Notes: generated by a model not told the origin, from the sequence alone. A stretch of 64,000 bases of DNA from Acidimicrobiia bacterium (GCA_040878325.1 JBBDMM010000010.1:62001-126000), one strand, 5' to 3'. Shown: positions 45,653 through 56,282, numbered from the stretch's first letter. Program-made: numbers and translations.

Positions 45653-46395
45653 AAGTCCACCCCGGACACCAGGAACGACCGGATGATCTCGTCGGCGGCG
45701 AGCAGATCGGCATCGGCGACCACGACGATCTCGACCAGGATCAAGAACGACCCGTCTGGCGGAGTGGAGGCGATCACGATGAACACGCTCAGCTCGTCCC
45801 CGCAGTCGTAGTACAGGTCGTACCGGCCGACGTAGAGGCCGTCGTCGTAGTCATCGCGGCCTTCGTAGATGCAGAAGGTGTCGAAGCGCTTGCGGTCGAG
45901 TATCGATTCGGTGGTCTCGGTGATCACGTCCGATGCCCCGATGAACACGCCCGGGGTCCCCCACTCCGAACGCCAGGCAACGACGTCGGGAGCGGCGACG
46001 AGCCCGGGCCCGATCAATTCGCCCTGCTCGATCCAACCGGTCGGATCGATGTCATCCCACGATGCGGGCACCCGCAGCTCGATCTGGCCGGTGTCGTCGG
46101 TGATGGTGACGAACTCGTCGGGGGTCACGGGGACGGTGGTGGTCGGCTCGGCGCCGGTGGTGGTTGGCTCGGCTCCGGTGGTGGTTGTGGTGCCGGGAAC
46201 CTCTCCCCGGGCGCGCAAGCCCTTGACGAGGTCGAGGCCCGACACGGCACCCACGGTTGTGGTCGTGGCCGGGGTGGTGGTCGTGGCGGCGGGGGAGGAG
46301 GTGGTGGGCGTCTGGGTGGTGGTCACCACGGCGGCGTCGTCGCCGCAGGCGACGATGGCGAGTGAAAATGCGATTGCGAGCGTGAGGCGTCTCAT
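45649..46395 (-). CDS. Acidic lipoprotein with Thr-rich linker
   Basis: Lipobox IVAC; ITDDTG.I..RVPA.W domain with a Cys pair. Confidence 0.8.
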   Translation of the reverse strand: MRRLTLAIAFSLAIVACGDDAAVVTTTQTPTTSSPAATTTTPATTTTVGAVSGLDLVKGLRARGEVPGTTTTTGAEPTTTGAEPTTTVPVTPDEFVTITDDTGQIELRVPASWDDIDPTGWIEQGELIGPGLVAAPDVVAWRSEWGTPGVFIGASDVITETTESILDRKRFDTFCIYEGRDDYDDGLYVGRYDLYYDCGDELSVFIVIASTPPDGSFLILVEIVVVADADLLAADEIIRSFLVSGVDF

Positions 46396-46603
46396 CGGAG
46401 ATGCTCCTTGGGAGCTGGGGAATGGCAGCGGGGGCACGCTAGCCGAATCCTGCCGGGGCGCACTCCAGTCTCCCTGCCCGCCACGCGGAAGGTGTCGCTA
46501 GGCGCTTTCGGCCGACGCCGGTGGGAGGTGTGATCGGTGACGACGCCGTTTCTCCGCGCCCGATAGGTCGCGTAGGCTCCTATTTCTGCCGAGGAGGGAA
46601 GCA

Positions 46604-47584
46604 ATGCGAGTCGGGCTGCCAGTGCGGAGGGCCTTGACCCTTGTCGCGTTGGTCGGTGCGGTGCTTGCTCCGCTCAACGCCAGTGCTGCCGCCGGTCCCG
46701 AGTGCATAGGCCTGACAGCCACCATCGTCGGTACGGGTGGGGACGACGTGATCGATGGCACCCCGGGCGACGACGTCATCGTCGCCAAGGGCGGCGCCGA
46801 CCTAATCCGTGGCGGGGAAGGCGATGACGTCATCTGCGCCGGGGCAGGCGACGATGAGATCCTCGGCGGCGCCGGCAACGACCGGATCGCCGGCGGCCGG
46901 GGTCACGACACGGTCCTCGGCGGGACCGGGGTCGATGACTGTCGGGCAGAGGACGCCACCAGTTGCGAGGTCGCCGGTCTCTCCCCCGGGGCCACGGGGC
47001 CGGCGGTTCGCGCGCTGCAGTCTCTCCTCAAGGAAAAGGCCCTCTACCTCGGCCCCGTCGATGGCACCTACGGGAAGAGCACCGGGTCGGCGGTCGTGGC
47101 GTTCCACAAGATCTCGGAGCGCGACCGCACCGACCGGTTCCTGAGGAGTGACTGGAGGCGCCTGCTCGCCTTCGATCCGGAGCCGCCGATTGCACGCAGC
47201 GGCGAGCTCGATCGCATCGAGATCGACATCACCCATCAGGTCCTCTACCTGATCGAAGACAACGAAGTGGCGGCGATCGTCCCCGTATCGACCGGCGGCG
47301 GGTATCGCTACTACAGCAAGCATCAGCAGATGTGGAGGAACGCCGAGACGCCGCGGGGCGACTTCAATCTCCGCTGGAACCAGACGGGTTGGAACACGGA
47401 CAACACCACCGGGTGGAGCGTTTACAACTACTGGTCGTTCGACACCTATTACGGAGTCCACGGGTACCTCTCGGTGCCCACCGAACCTGCCTCCCACGGA
47501 TGCGTGCGCATCAACATGTGGGACTCCGATCGGCTCATGTCGCGCTTCCGGGTGGGGATGCCCGTCCACATCTGGGATGCCTGA
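46604..47584 (+). CDS. L,D-transpeptidase with RTX-like Ca-binding repeats and peptidoglycan-binding domain
   Basis: Signal peptide; GG.G.D.I nonapeptides; VDG.YG..T..AV.AF; HG...SHGCVR. Confidence 0.9.
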   Translation: MRVGLPVRRALTLVALVGAVLAPLNASAAAGPECIGLTATIVGTGGDDVIDGTPGDDVIVAKGGADLIRGGEGDDVICAGAGDDEILGGAGNDRIAGGRGHDTVLGGTGVDDCRAEDATSCEVAGLSPGATGPAVRALQSLLKEKALYLGPVDGTYGKSTGSAVVAFHKISERDRTDRFLRSDWRRLLAFDPEPPIARSGELDRIEIDITHQVLYLIEDNEVAAIVPVSTGGGYRYYSKHQQMWRNAETPRGDFNLRWNQTGWNTDNTTGWSVYNYWSFDTYYGVHGYLSVPTEPASHGCVRINMWDSDRLMSRFRVGMPVHIWDA

Positions 47585-47619
47585 GGGAACAGCCTGGACC
47601 CGGGCCGGTTTGGGTGAGT

Positions 47620-48063
47620 ATGAAGTTGCACGAAGTAGAGACCCGCGCCGTCGACAGCCCGAGCCCTTACGCCCAGAAGCATGTCGCCCAGTACCTCGAG
47701 TCGGGCGGCAAGGACGTGGAACACGGGATGGCCGATCAGTTGATTTTGCTCTACGTGAAGGGTCGCAAGTCGGGTGACATCCGGCGGGTTCCGCTGGTTC
47801 ATTTCCCCGACGGGGACGATCTGTTGATCATCGCCTCCAAGGGTGGAGCCCCGGACGATCCGTCCTGGTATCGCAACCTGGTAGCCGATCCCCAGGTGTG
47901 GGTCCGCTTCATGGACGACTTCTTCGAGGCTCGTGCATCGGTGCTGAGCGATGAAGAGCGAACCCCGGTGTGGGCACGGATCACGGCCCAAGCCCCCGGT
48001 TTCGCCGAGTATCAGGCGAAGGTGTCGCGCACGATCCCCGTAGTGAGACTCACTCGAGTCTGA
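47620..48063 (+). CDS. F420-dependent nitroreductase/quinone reductase (Ddn family)
   Basis: GRKSG..R..PL, ASKGGAP.DPSWYRNL.A.P, YQ....R.IPVV.L. Confidence 0.9.
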   Translation: MKLHEVETRAVDSPSPYAQKHVAQYLESGGKDVEHGMADQLILLYVKGRKSGDIRRVPLVHFPDGDDLLIIASKGGAPDDPSWYRNLVADPQVWVRFMDDFFEARASVLSDEERTPVWARITAQAPGFAEYQAKVSRTIPVVRLTRV

Positions 48064-49176
48064 TCAGCCGGCCACCGCCTCGGCTTCGCCGAGGGCGCGT
48101 AGGGCGTTCTCGCCGAGAACCTTGCGGATGTCGGGCTCGACCCAGCCTCTGACCAGCAGCTCTTCGGTGATGGCCGGGTAGCACGAGACGTCTTCGAGCC
48201 CGACCGGAGTCGTCTCGACTCCGTCGAAGTCGCCGCCGATACCCACGTGGTCGACGCCGCCGATGCGAGCGACGTGCTCGATGTGGTCGACGACATCGCT
48301 CACCGTTCCCCGATCCGTGTCGGCGACGCCGAATCTCTCGCGAGCGGCGGCGGCGTATCCGACCTCATCCTCGGGGCCGAATTGGGCCCGTAGTTGGCGG
48401 CGCTCCTCGAACATCCCGCGGGCGGCCAGGGCGGTCCTCTCGACGATGAATTCGGGTACGAAGGTCACCATGACGACTCCGCCCCCGGCGGCGACCATTT
48501 CGATGACCTCGTCGGTGACATTGCGGGGGTGAGGGGCGAGGGCGAATGCCGACGAGTGCGAGGCGATCACCGGCGCCCGGCTCGCCTCGATCGCCTGCCG
48601 CATGGTCGTTTCAGCCACATGGGAGATGTCGACGAGCATCCCCAGGCGGTTCATCTCGCCCACCACCGACACGCCGAATTCGGTGAGGCCGCCGTGGCGC
48701 GGGGCGTCGGTGGCCGAGTCGGCCCATTCGTTGTTGTCGGCGTGGGTGAGCGTCATGTACCGAACCCCGCGGGCATGGAGCACGGCGAGGGCGTCGAGAG
48801 AGCTCTCGATGCTGTGTCCGCCCTCGGCGCCGATGAGGCCGGCGATCCTCCCCTCGTCGCGTATCGATCGTGCCTCTTCGGCCGAGGTCGCCAGCGCCGT
48901 CAGGGCCGGCGCCAACCCGGTCATCTCCTCGACGAGATCGATCTGTCGGTGCGTGGCTGCGTTGGGGGAGTCCGCCCACGCGGGCACATACACCGACCAG
49001 AACTGCACCCCGACCCCGCCCGCGAGCAAGCGAGGAAAGTCGGTTTGATAGCCGGCGAGATGTTGCCGCGGGTCGGCGGTGGCGACGGATCCGCCCGCTC
49101 GCACCCGGATCTCCCACGGGAGGTCGTTGTGTCCGTCGACGACCGGAAGGCTGGCGTGGATCGATCGGGCGCTCAT
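48064..49176 (-). CDS. Membrane dipeptidase (M19)
   Basis: DGHND, QFWSVY, EGGH, MTLTH, DISH, SHS, GGDFDG. Confidence 0.93.
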   Translation of the reverse strand: MSARSIHASLPVVDGHNDLPWEIRVRAGGSVATADPRQHLAGYQTDFPRLLAGGVGVQFWSVYVPAWADSPNAATHRQIDLVEEMTGLAPALTALATSAEEARSIRDEGRIAGLIGAEGGHSIESSLDALAVLHARGVRYMTLTHADNNEWADSATDAPRHGGLTEFGVSVVGEMNRLGMLVDISHVAETTMRQAIEASRAPVIASHSSAFALAPHPRNVTDEVIEMVAAGGGVVMVTFVPEFIVERTALAARGMFEERRQLRAQFGPEDEVGYAAAARERFGVADTDRGTVSDVVDHIEHVARIGGVDHVGIGGDFDGVETTPVGLEDVSCYPAITEELLVRGWVEPDIRKVLGENALRALGEAEAVAG

Positions 49177-49195
49177 CGGCGGAGAATACGGCCGC

Positions 49196-50458
49196 TCAGG
49201 CGGGCGGTGGCTCGGGCTCGTCCTCGCCGATCGTGTCGCTCGACGCGTTCTGCTTACGGGCCAGCAGCAGGAACGGCACCGCCATCAGCTGCACTGCCGC
49301 CCCCACCACATACGAGGTGCCGTAGCTCCACACGTCGGCGACCCGCCCCAGAGTCGGCTGAATCGCGGTCCCACCGGCCGAGCCCATCAGCGCGTCCATC
49401 GAGATGACCGTGGCGCGTTGCTCCGAGGGGATGATCCCGTTGAGGTAGGCCTGGCGGATGGGCAGCGAGGCAGAGAATGAGATCGCCCAGACCACCAGCA
49501 GTGCGATCGCCAGCCAGAAGTTACGGGTGAGCCCAATGAAGGCGAGGGCGACCGCACCGAGGATCGCCGCGATGATGAGGGCGTAAGTACGCCGGCGGAA
49601 CATCCGCCGGATCGCAGGTACCAGCAGGCCGCCGACGATCTGGGCGCCGGCGACGATGGAGGCCGCCAGCCCGGCGATCCCGAACGCGGTTTCATCTCCC
49701 CACACATCGAGGAGGTGGGGCTGCATCGCGTAGAAGGCGTAGTAGCTGACCCCGAGGGTGAACGGGGCCGACAACATCATCCACCGCACCGGTGGACGGC
49801 GAAAGCCGACATCGATCGAGGCGCGGAGTACCCGGCGGACCTCCTTCATGGGACCGGTGCCCCGTTTCGGTTCGAAGCCGATGTCCTTCATCGCGACGAA
49901 CGCCACCACCAGGGTGAGCGCCAGCAGCACAATCCGAATCACATACGGCACCCCCAAGTTGGTCGCCTGAGCGATGAACCCACCCGCGACCGAACCGGTG
50001 AGCATGGCGATTCCCATCACCGTCTGCCCCCGGCCGAATACGGTGTCGAGCTCGCCGGTGTAGCCCGTGGCGTCGAGCGCGTCGACCAGCCATGCTTCGA
50101 CGGCTCCCGAGAAGAATGTGAAGCCGAGCCCGATCAGGGCGGAGGCGAGGGCCCATCCCCAGAACGGCGCTTCGATCTGCCACATGAGCAGGTAGACCAT
50201 GGTCGCGGTGAGCAGGGTGAAGGCGCCGAGCAGGTACGAGATGCGCCGGCCGGCGGTGTCGGCGACCACCCCGGTGGGCACTTCGAAGAGCACCATCCCC
50301 AGGCTGAAGAACGCGTTGGCCGCAAAGGCCTCGGTGTTACTCAGTCCGGCGTCGAGCAGGAAGAGGGTGTTGATCCCCCAGATGAACGATGCCGCCAGCG
50401 TCGACAGCAACAGGAGCAGCAGATAGGTCCGCTGAACCGCTCGGGAGGCGTCGTTCAT
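49196..50458 (-). CDS. MFS transporter
   Basis: FEVPTGVVADTAGRR, FFSGAVEAWLVD, about 12 TM helices. Confidence 0.92.
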   Translation of the reverse strand: MNDASRAVQRTYLLLLLLSTLAASFIWGINTLFLLDAGLSNTEAFAANAFFSLGMVLFEVPTGVVADTAGRRISYLLGAFTLLTATMVYLLMWQIEAPFWGWALASALIGLGFTFFSGAVEAWLVDALDATGYTGELDTVFGRGQTVMGIAMLTGSVAGGFIAQATNLGVPYVIRIVLLALTLVVAFVAMKDIGFEPKRGTGPMKEVRRVLRASIDVGFRRPPVRWMMLSAPFTLGVSYYAFYAMQPHLLDVWGDETAFGIAGLAASIVAGAQIVGGLLVPAIRRMFRRRTYALIIAAILGAVALAFIGLTRNFWLAIALLVVWAISFSASLPIRQAYLNGIIPSEQRATVISMDALMGSAGGTAIQPTLGRVADVWSYGTSYVVGAAVQLMAVPFLLLARKQNASSDTIGEDEPEPPPA

Positions 50459-50498
50459 CGCGGGCACCCTAGGCGGCTCTGATCGGAACCCGGCCCGA

Positions 50499-51350
50499 TC
50501 AGGCCAGTGCGAGTAGCAGACCAAGGGCTGCGACGACCAGGGTGGCGACGCCCCCCAGTGTCAGTGTCCCCCACCGGGCTCGGCGCATCGCCCACATCGC
50601 CACCGCGGCGGGGGTGGCTGCCGCGAACGAGGCCAGGGCGAGGTCGGGGAGGTGCCCGGTCAGGATCCCGACGGCGAGCACCACTGCGCCGAGGCCGAAG
50701 AGGACACCGACCATGGCCTCGGTGCGCTCGCGCCCGTGCCGGACCGCGGCGACCCGTTTGCCGGCCTCCCGGTCGGTGTCCAGATCGGGCAACTCGAAAC
50801 AGAGCATCATCGCCAGGTGGATCGGCAGCAGCGCCACGATCGCCCAGCGCAGGGGGTCGGCGACGAAGCCGCCATTGGCAAGGGCGCCGACGATCGGCAC
50901 TCCCATCGCCACCACCAGGCTGGTGACGATCTCGCCGATGCCCGTCGCCAGCAGTCGGATCGGTTCCACCGAGTAGAGCCAGGCGACCAACAGGGCCGCG
51001 ACGCCGATCGAGGCCGCCTGAGCGCTGCGCGGGTACATCAGGGCGATGAAGCCGATCGACGCCACCGAGGTGAGGATGGCTGCGACCAGGGCGGTCCGGC
51101 GTGAGACGGAGCCATCGGCGATCGCACCGCTGCCGCCGGAGAACCACGTGCGATTCAGCACGAGCGCGTCGGCTCGAGCATCGGCCAGTTCGTTGACCAG
51201 GTGGGCGGTCAATTGGGTGGCCGTCACCATCGCCTGGCCAATTGCGTAGCCACCGGCATCCAAAGTCCCCGTGGAGAATGCCCCGAGGGCGAAGAGCAGG
51301 AGGCCGCCCAGCAGGAAGTGGGGTCGGGCCAGTCGCAGAAGCGCCTTCAC
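50499..51350 (-). CDS. UbiA/MenA-like prenyltransferase
   Basis: LRLARP, NELAD..AD, FSGGSG, YS..P.RL, PD.DTD...GKR. Confidence 0.85.
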   Translation of the reverse strand: MKALLRLARPHFLLGGLLLFALGAFSTGTLDAGGYAIGQAMVTATQLTAHLVNELADARADALVLNRTWFSGGSGAIADGSVSRRTALVAAILTSVASIGFIALMYPRSAQAASIGVAALLVAWLYSVEPIRLLATGIGEIVTSLVVAMGVPIVGALANGGFVADPLRWAIVALLPIHLAMMLCFELPDLDTDREAGKRVAAVRHGRERTEAMVGVLFGLGAVVLAVGILTGHLPDLALASFAAATPAAVAMWAMRRARWGTLTLGGVATLVVAALGLLLALA

Positions 51351-52945
51351 GGGGCTACTACCGAGGAGACCAGCGAGGCGGCCACCGAGACGATCGAGAA
51401 CGACGGGTCCACTGTCGCGGCGCCGTCGGTATACGCCGCGAACACCAGCGTCCGCGACCCTGCCGCGCCGGGGACGATGGCGATTCCGGCGACCGTCAAG
51501 GTCGTGCCGTACCAGCCCTCTTTGACGAGCAGCTGGATGCCCGAAGATTGGTCGAGCCCGGCGGACCCGGACGCATCGACCATCAGGTCCTCGAATCCTG
51601 CAGGCCCTGGAACCAGCGTGCCGTCGACGAGGCCCTCCAGCAAGCGGGCCAGGTCGACCGCAGTCGTGGCATTGGCCGGATCGTTGGCTGGCCCGCCGCA
51701 TCCGAAACCGTGCACCAGGCGGGTCGCGGTCATTCCGGCTGCCGACATGGTGGCGCGCAGGTCGTCCAACCCGAAGTGGGACTGGAGTGCGTTGGCGGCG
51801 GCATTGTCCGACTCGAACATCATCGAGTGGAGCAGCTCGTCCAGCCGCTCCTCACCGGTCGCCGCGCCAGGGTCACATCCGTCGCCGAAGATCGTCACCG
51901 GGGTCGCCGCGTCGTTGCCCTGCGCGACCCAGCGCAGGGCGTGGACGAAGTGGATGAGCTTGATGGTGCTCGCCGGATAGAAGCGGGCATCGGCGTGGAG
52001 GGCAGCATGTACCGGCCCACCCACCTCTTTGATGATGAAGCCATGGGCTCCACCGGTGGTGCCACCGTGGAGAAGCTCATGGGCGGCTTCGGCCGGGGGG
52101 CCGCACGTCATCCCCGCCCGGTGCCCGGCGCAGGTTGGCATCGCTCGTGCCGGCTGCTTGTCGAGCAGTCCCGTCATCCCGGCAAGGAGCTCGGCGGTGA
52201 CCCCGGCGGGGGAGTCCCAGCGATTGAACTCGACGGTGACCACCGGGATCCTTCCCTCCTTTCCGAAATAGGTGCCCAGCGAGCCCTCGGTCACCCAGTC
52301 GACCTCAGCCACCACTTCCCACTCCCGCCCCAGCACCGAGGCGCCGGCGGCGAATGCCGCCGCGGGGGCCTCAGCCGCCGCGCCGTCGTGCTCGACGAAG
52401 GGGCCCTCGCGGGCGGCGTGGAGCGCCACGATGAGATCGGGGGCGAACGCGGCGATGTCCTTGGCCAGCGCGTCGGTCTCGGGCTCCGAAAGCGGGGCGG
52501 GGCCGGTGGCTGCCGACGGAGCAAATCCCTCCGTGGGCCAATTCCGGTTGAGGTCCACTCCGGCGGCGTTCTCCCGGGTGTTGGCGATGGTGCCGTCGGG
52601 GTTGGCATCGAGCACGATTCGCACCGTCCATCCCTCGAGGGCGTCCCCGGCCAGGTGATCGATGAGGGCTGGCACGTTCTCCACGGCCGGGCGTTCGTCG
52701 CCGTGGATGCCGCCGAGGACATAGAGCCGGCGCGACCCGTTGCCGAACGACATCGTCTCGATCGACCGACCCTCCCGGCTCATGCCGATCGCCGTCCGGG
52801 GTAGGACCGTGGTCGAGGTGGTGGCCGCTACCGAGGTCACCGTGGCCGGTGTCGTCGTCGGCGATGTCTCCGACGGCCTGGTCTCGGGAGCGCACCCGTC
52901 CACCACGAGGGCGACAACGAGCAGGAGGGCCGAGCGCCGGATCAC
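51347..52945 (-). CDS. M14 zinc peptidase (MpaA-like) fused to a class A beta-lactamase-like serine hydrolase
   Basis: HGDE, NPDG, REN..GVDLNRNW, SEPET, TVE; then PASTIK, SDN, KEG. Confidence 0.8.
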   Translation of the reverse strand: MIRRSALLLVVALVVDGCAPETRPSETSPTTTPATVTSVAATTSTTVLPRTAIGMSREGRSIETMSFGNGSRRLYVLGGIHGDERPAVENVPALIDHLAGDALEGWTVRIVLDANPDGTIANTRENAAGVDLNRNWPTEGFAPSAATGPAPLSEPETDALAKDIAAFAPDLIVALHAAREGPFVEHDGAAAEAPAAAFAAGASVLGREWEVVAEVDWVTEGSLGTYFGKEGRIPVVTVEFNRWDSPAGVTAELLAGMTGLLDKQPARAMPTCAGHRAGMTCGPPAEAAHELLHGGTTGGAHGFIIKEVGGPVHAALHADARFYPASTIKLIHFVHALRWVAQGNDAATPVTIFGDGCDPGAATGEERLDELLHSMMFESDNAAANALQSHFGLDDLRATMSAAGMTATRLVHGFGCGGPANDPANATTAVDLARLLEGLVDGTLVPGPAGFEDLMVDASGSAGLDQSSGIQLLVKEGWYGTTLTVAGIAIVPGAAGSRTLVFAAYTDGAATVDPSFSIVSVAASLVSSVVAP

Positions 52946-53052
52946 CTCGTCATCTTGGTAGGTACCAGGGTTTGGCGCGTGCCCGCTTTCAAGGGAACCG
53001 GGCATTCGTGGCTTGGTGCGGCGTAGGCTCGGCCACGGATGAGGAGGTTCCT

Positions 53053-53412
53053 GTGACCTACGAGACACCCGCCGGGCCTGCAGCAGACTTGCCGCCGGGC
53101 ACCGTGACCGGGGCGGGCCGGTTCGCCGTCGGCAACAAGGATGGCGAACGGTTCGCGGTGACCCGGCGATGCCGGCACTTGATGGCCGATCTCGCCCGGG
53201 GGTCGATCGACGACGAGGGCTGCTTGGTCTGCCCGTGGCACGGCTCGCGGTATGACACGGACAACGGGCAAATGGTCTCGGGACCCCAGGGCATCTTCGC
53301 CAAGATCCCCGGCCTCGGAGCCGGTTTCAAGGCATTGACGAAAGTGTTGCCACTAGGCCGGGGCAAGGTGGTGGAGAGGGACGGGGAGCTGTTCGTCAAG
53401 AAAGCGGATTAG
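53053..53412 (+). CDS. Rieske [2Fe-2S] protein
   Basis: CRH...CPWH; GAGGAGG RBS. Confidence 0.9.
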   Translation: MTYETPAGPAADLPPGTVTGAGRFAVGNKDGERFAVTRRCRHLMADLARGSIDDEGCLVCPWHGSRYDTDNGQMVSGPQGIFAKIPGLGAGFKALTKVLPLGRGKVVERDGELFVKKAD

Positions 53413-53470
53413 CGAATAGTCGCCAGTCGCCAGTCGCCAGTCGCCAGCGAATTGCGAATTGCGAATTGCG
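53411..53470. repeat. Heptamer tandem array AGCGAAT (AGTCGCC)4 AGCGAAT (TGCGAAT)2
   Basis: Unbroken 7-nt phase across more than 8 units. Confidence 0.9.
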
Positions 53471-53491
53471 CCTTCTTCTACCCTCTCGCTG

Positions 53492-54415
53492 ATGCGCGCC
53501 GTCTGGTTCTCGATCTCACTGGCCGCTTTGGGCTGGGGCACCGCCGGGGTGGCCACCCGGGCGGCGCTGGCTGAGGGGTCGACCCCGTTCGAGATCGCGA
53601 CGATGCGCGCCCTGATCGGGGCGGCAGCGGTGGTCCTCTTCCTGACCTTCCGCCGGATGGGCTTTCCCCGGGGTGGGCCGACCTGGAGGACGGGGATCGT
53701 CATGGGCATTTCGAACCTGGCGATGCCCTTCGTCCTCTCGAACGTCGCGCTCCAGTACGCCTCCGCCGGCTTTCTCGGCCTGATGATGGCGCTCATCCCG
53801 CTGATGACCGCGGTCCTCGCCCACTTCATGCTCCCGGCCGAGCGACTCTCGTTCGTCAAGGCGGCGGGGTTGCTGATCGCCCTCGCCGGGGTGGCGGCCC
53901 TGCTCTCGTTCGGCGACAGCGGACTGGCCGAAGGCGGGCGTCCGGTGCTGGCCGGAATCCTCGGGCTGGTGGTGGCCCTCAGCATCGCCTACGGCGGCAC
54001 CTACGCCAAGATCCATGCCGGCGCCTACGACCCGATGCACGTGACCGGGATCCACTTCGTCAGCGGTGCCCTGATCATCGCGGTGGCCGCCTTCGCATCC
54101 GAGGGGCTGCCGACGTCGCAGACCGGCGAGGCGTGGGCCCTCATCACCTACATGGGGCTGTTCGCCACCTTCATGCCGTTCGTCCTCTTCTATCGCCTGC
54201 TGCGGAAGGTGTCGGCCACTTACGCCTCCATGGTCGGCTACGTGGTTCCTCTCGTGGCCGTGGTCGCGGGCATGGTCCTGCTCGACGAACGACTCCAGCC
54301 CGGCATCGTCATCGGTGGGCTGCTGATCTTCGCCGGAGTGATCCTCACCCACCGAGCCGAACAGCGAGTAGTGGTGATACCTGCAGAGGCGGTCCCGGAG
54401 GAGATGCTCGGGTAG
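53492..54415 (+). CDS. DMT/EamA family transporter
   Basis: About 10 TM helices in two EamA repeats. Confidence 0.9.
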   Translation: MRAVWFSISLAALGWGTAGVATRAALAEGSTPFEIATMRALIGAAAVVLFLTFRRMGFPRGGPTWRTGIVMGISNLAMPFVLSNVALQYASAGFLGLMMALIPLMTAVLAHFMLPAERLSFVKAAGLLIALAGVAALLSFGDSGLAEGGRPVLAGILGLVVALSIAYGGTYAKIHAGAYDPMHVTGIHFVSGALIIAVAAFASEGLPTSQTGEAWALITYMGLFATFMPFVLFYRLLRKVSATYASMVGYVVPLVAVVAGMVLLDERLQPGIVIGGLLIFAGVILTHRAEQRVVVIPAEAVPEEMLG

Positions 54416-54429
54416 AAGGGGCTTGCGCC

Positions 54430-54516
54430 CCCGCTGCCCGCTACCCGCTTCCCGCTACCCGCGCGAGGAGGGCTGGTCCGGACTTGCTGGGGACTGGGGA
54501 CTGGAGACTGGAGACT
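54430..54516. repeat. Heptamer arrays (CCCGCTD)4 and (TGGRGAC)4 between convergent genes
   Basis: 54430-54462 and 54488-54515. Confidence 0.9.
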
Positions 54517-54518
54517 CT

Positions 54519-56225
54519 CTACTGATAACTCACGTACACCACGCCCGGGACCAGTTCCAGGACTTCGGCGGGGGGGATGGGGCCGGGGATGTCTTCGTCG
54601 TAGAAGTTCTTCCAGCCGTAGCGCCAGCCGTAGCCTTCCCAGCCGGTGGTGATGCGGTTCCAGGTGCTGTACTTGTCGGGGATGCCGCCCTGGCCGTCCA
54701 TTTGGATGACGACCGCCAACTCGGACGGGGTCTCGATCAGGTTCCGATCGCGCAGCATCTGGTCCTGGAACTGGTGGAGGAGCAGGAGCTTCTGCGGCAG
54801 GTGGTTGTCCCGCACCAGGGCAGCCAGCCAGTCGACCACCCGGTTCACCTCGGTGGCTTCGACGTGTCCGATCTGTCGCAGCGGCAGTTCGTTGGGCAGC
54901 AGACGCCACTCGGGGTCGAGTGCGAGCCCGACATGGGCTTCGAGCAATAGCTCCTCGTAGAGCTTCGCCTGGGTGAGAAAGTCGGTGCGGCCCGGCTGCA
55001 GGTCGAGGATCACGTAGACGCCTTCGCGTCCGGCGGTGTCCACCCAGATGCGGAGCTGGTCCAACTCCATCTCGTTGGAGTAGTCGCCGTCGTCGCCGGC
55101 GTTCCCGGCGGCGATCGTGGCGATGATCTCGAAGGCGGGGATCGCCTGGACGCCGTCGTCGGTCTGGTACTGGGCGGCCAGTTGCTTGGCCCGAATCACC
55201 GAGGCGTCGACATCCTGTTCGCCGAGCACTCCGAGGCTGGTGGTGTTGGGGTTGCCATACAGTGCGATGAGGCGCTTGCCCGGGAAGAGGACGAAGCCGC
55301 CGCCGGGGAGCTGCTCCGCCCCGCTCAGCAGCACCTCGAGCTGCCATGAGGACTCCGCTCCGCCGCCCAGCAGTTGCACCCTCCCCGGCTCCATGGCCTG
55401 GAGGACGTCTCCTGCGTCGCCGGACAGGAGGTCGTCGCCGTCCACCGTCACCATCAGCCCGCCGGTGACGATCGCCGCCACCCCGGCCGCCAACGCCAGG
55501 GGGGTGCTGGCGCCGTCGACGAGCCAGGCGAATCCGAACGATCCCGGTCCCGCCCGGAGAAACGGCACCGGATTCAACGGGGTAGGAGCGGGGCCGGTCG
55601 GGCCAGACGCGGTGATCCCCGTCCCGGCCTCGAGCGCGGCGAGTGTGGTGCGTAATGCGTCGCTACCGCCGCCGCCCGGGATGGCCACCTCCGACCCCGC
55701 ATCGACGCGGTCGTTCACTTCATTGGCCAGCGCGGTGTTGTCACCCCCGAGTAGTTCGACTTCGGTGAAGGCCGGGACGTCGACGGTGATGTCATCGCCG
55801 ACGAACCAGACGGTGGTGGGGGCGAGGCGGTCGATCTCGTAGGCGAGGAGGCTCGATCCGGCGTCGTCACCGACCAGGAGGGGAGCCCGCAGTCCCACGG
55901 CGAGCCGGGCAGCGATGGCGATGCGTTCGAAGTCGGCGATGCCGACGACGACGACATCGGAAGCGCACACGAACACCGCTTGGGCGACCGCGGCCGAAGC
56001 CGATGCCAGGTTCTGCGCCGATACCCGTTCGGTCACCGGGCCATCGGTACCGGCGGCCGGCAGTTCGGTGACGAGGGTCGTCTGGCAGGGACGAAGGGGG
56101 TCGGCCGGACTGGTGCTCACGGTGTCCGCGAAACCACCCGAAGACCCGGGGGAGGAGGGGTCGACCGATCCATCCCCGGCGCAACTCGCGGCGACGAGCG
56201 CAATCAGAATGAAAAGGCGACGCAA
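54519..56225 (-). CDS. Lipoprotein with cell-wall-binding-like repeats and a conserved C-terminal barrel domain
   Basis: Lipobox AASC; ALYG.P, LDLQPGR, HVGLALDPEWRL, LHQF, GWKNFYDED. Confidence 0.78.
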   Translation of the reverse strand: MRRLFILIALVAASCAGDGSVDPSSPGSSGGFADTVSTSPADPLRPCQTTLVTELPAAGTDGPVTERVSAQNLASASAAVAQAVFVCASDVVVVGIADFERIAIAARLAVGLRAPLLVGDDAGSSLLAYEIDRLAPTTVWFVGDDITVDVPAFTEVELLGGDNTALANEVNDRVDAGSEVAIPGGGGSDALRTTLAALEAGTGITASGPTGPAPTPLNPVPFLRAGPGSFGFAWLVDGASTPLALAAGVAAIVTGGLMVTVDGDDLLSGDAGDVLQAMEPGRVQLLGGGAESSWQLEVLLSGAEQLPGGGFVLFPGKRLIALYGNPNTTSLGVLGEQDVDASVIRAKQLAAQYQTDDGVQAIPAFEIIATIAAGNAGDDGDYSNEMELDQLRIWVDTAGREGVYVILDLQPGRTDFLTQAKLYEELLLEAHVGLALDPEWRLLPNELPLRQIGHVEATEVNRVVDWLAALVRDNHLPQKLLLLHQFQDQMLRDRNLIETPSELAVVIQMDGQGGIPDKYSTWNRITTGWEGYGWRYGWKNFYDEDIPGPIPPAEVLELVPGVVYVSYQ

Positions 56226-56282
56226 GAACCCTCCGCAGGTGGGAGGAGGAGAGTACCTGCGCCCGCCAGATTCGGGCTCGAC

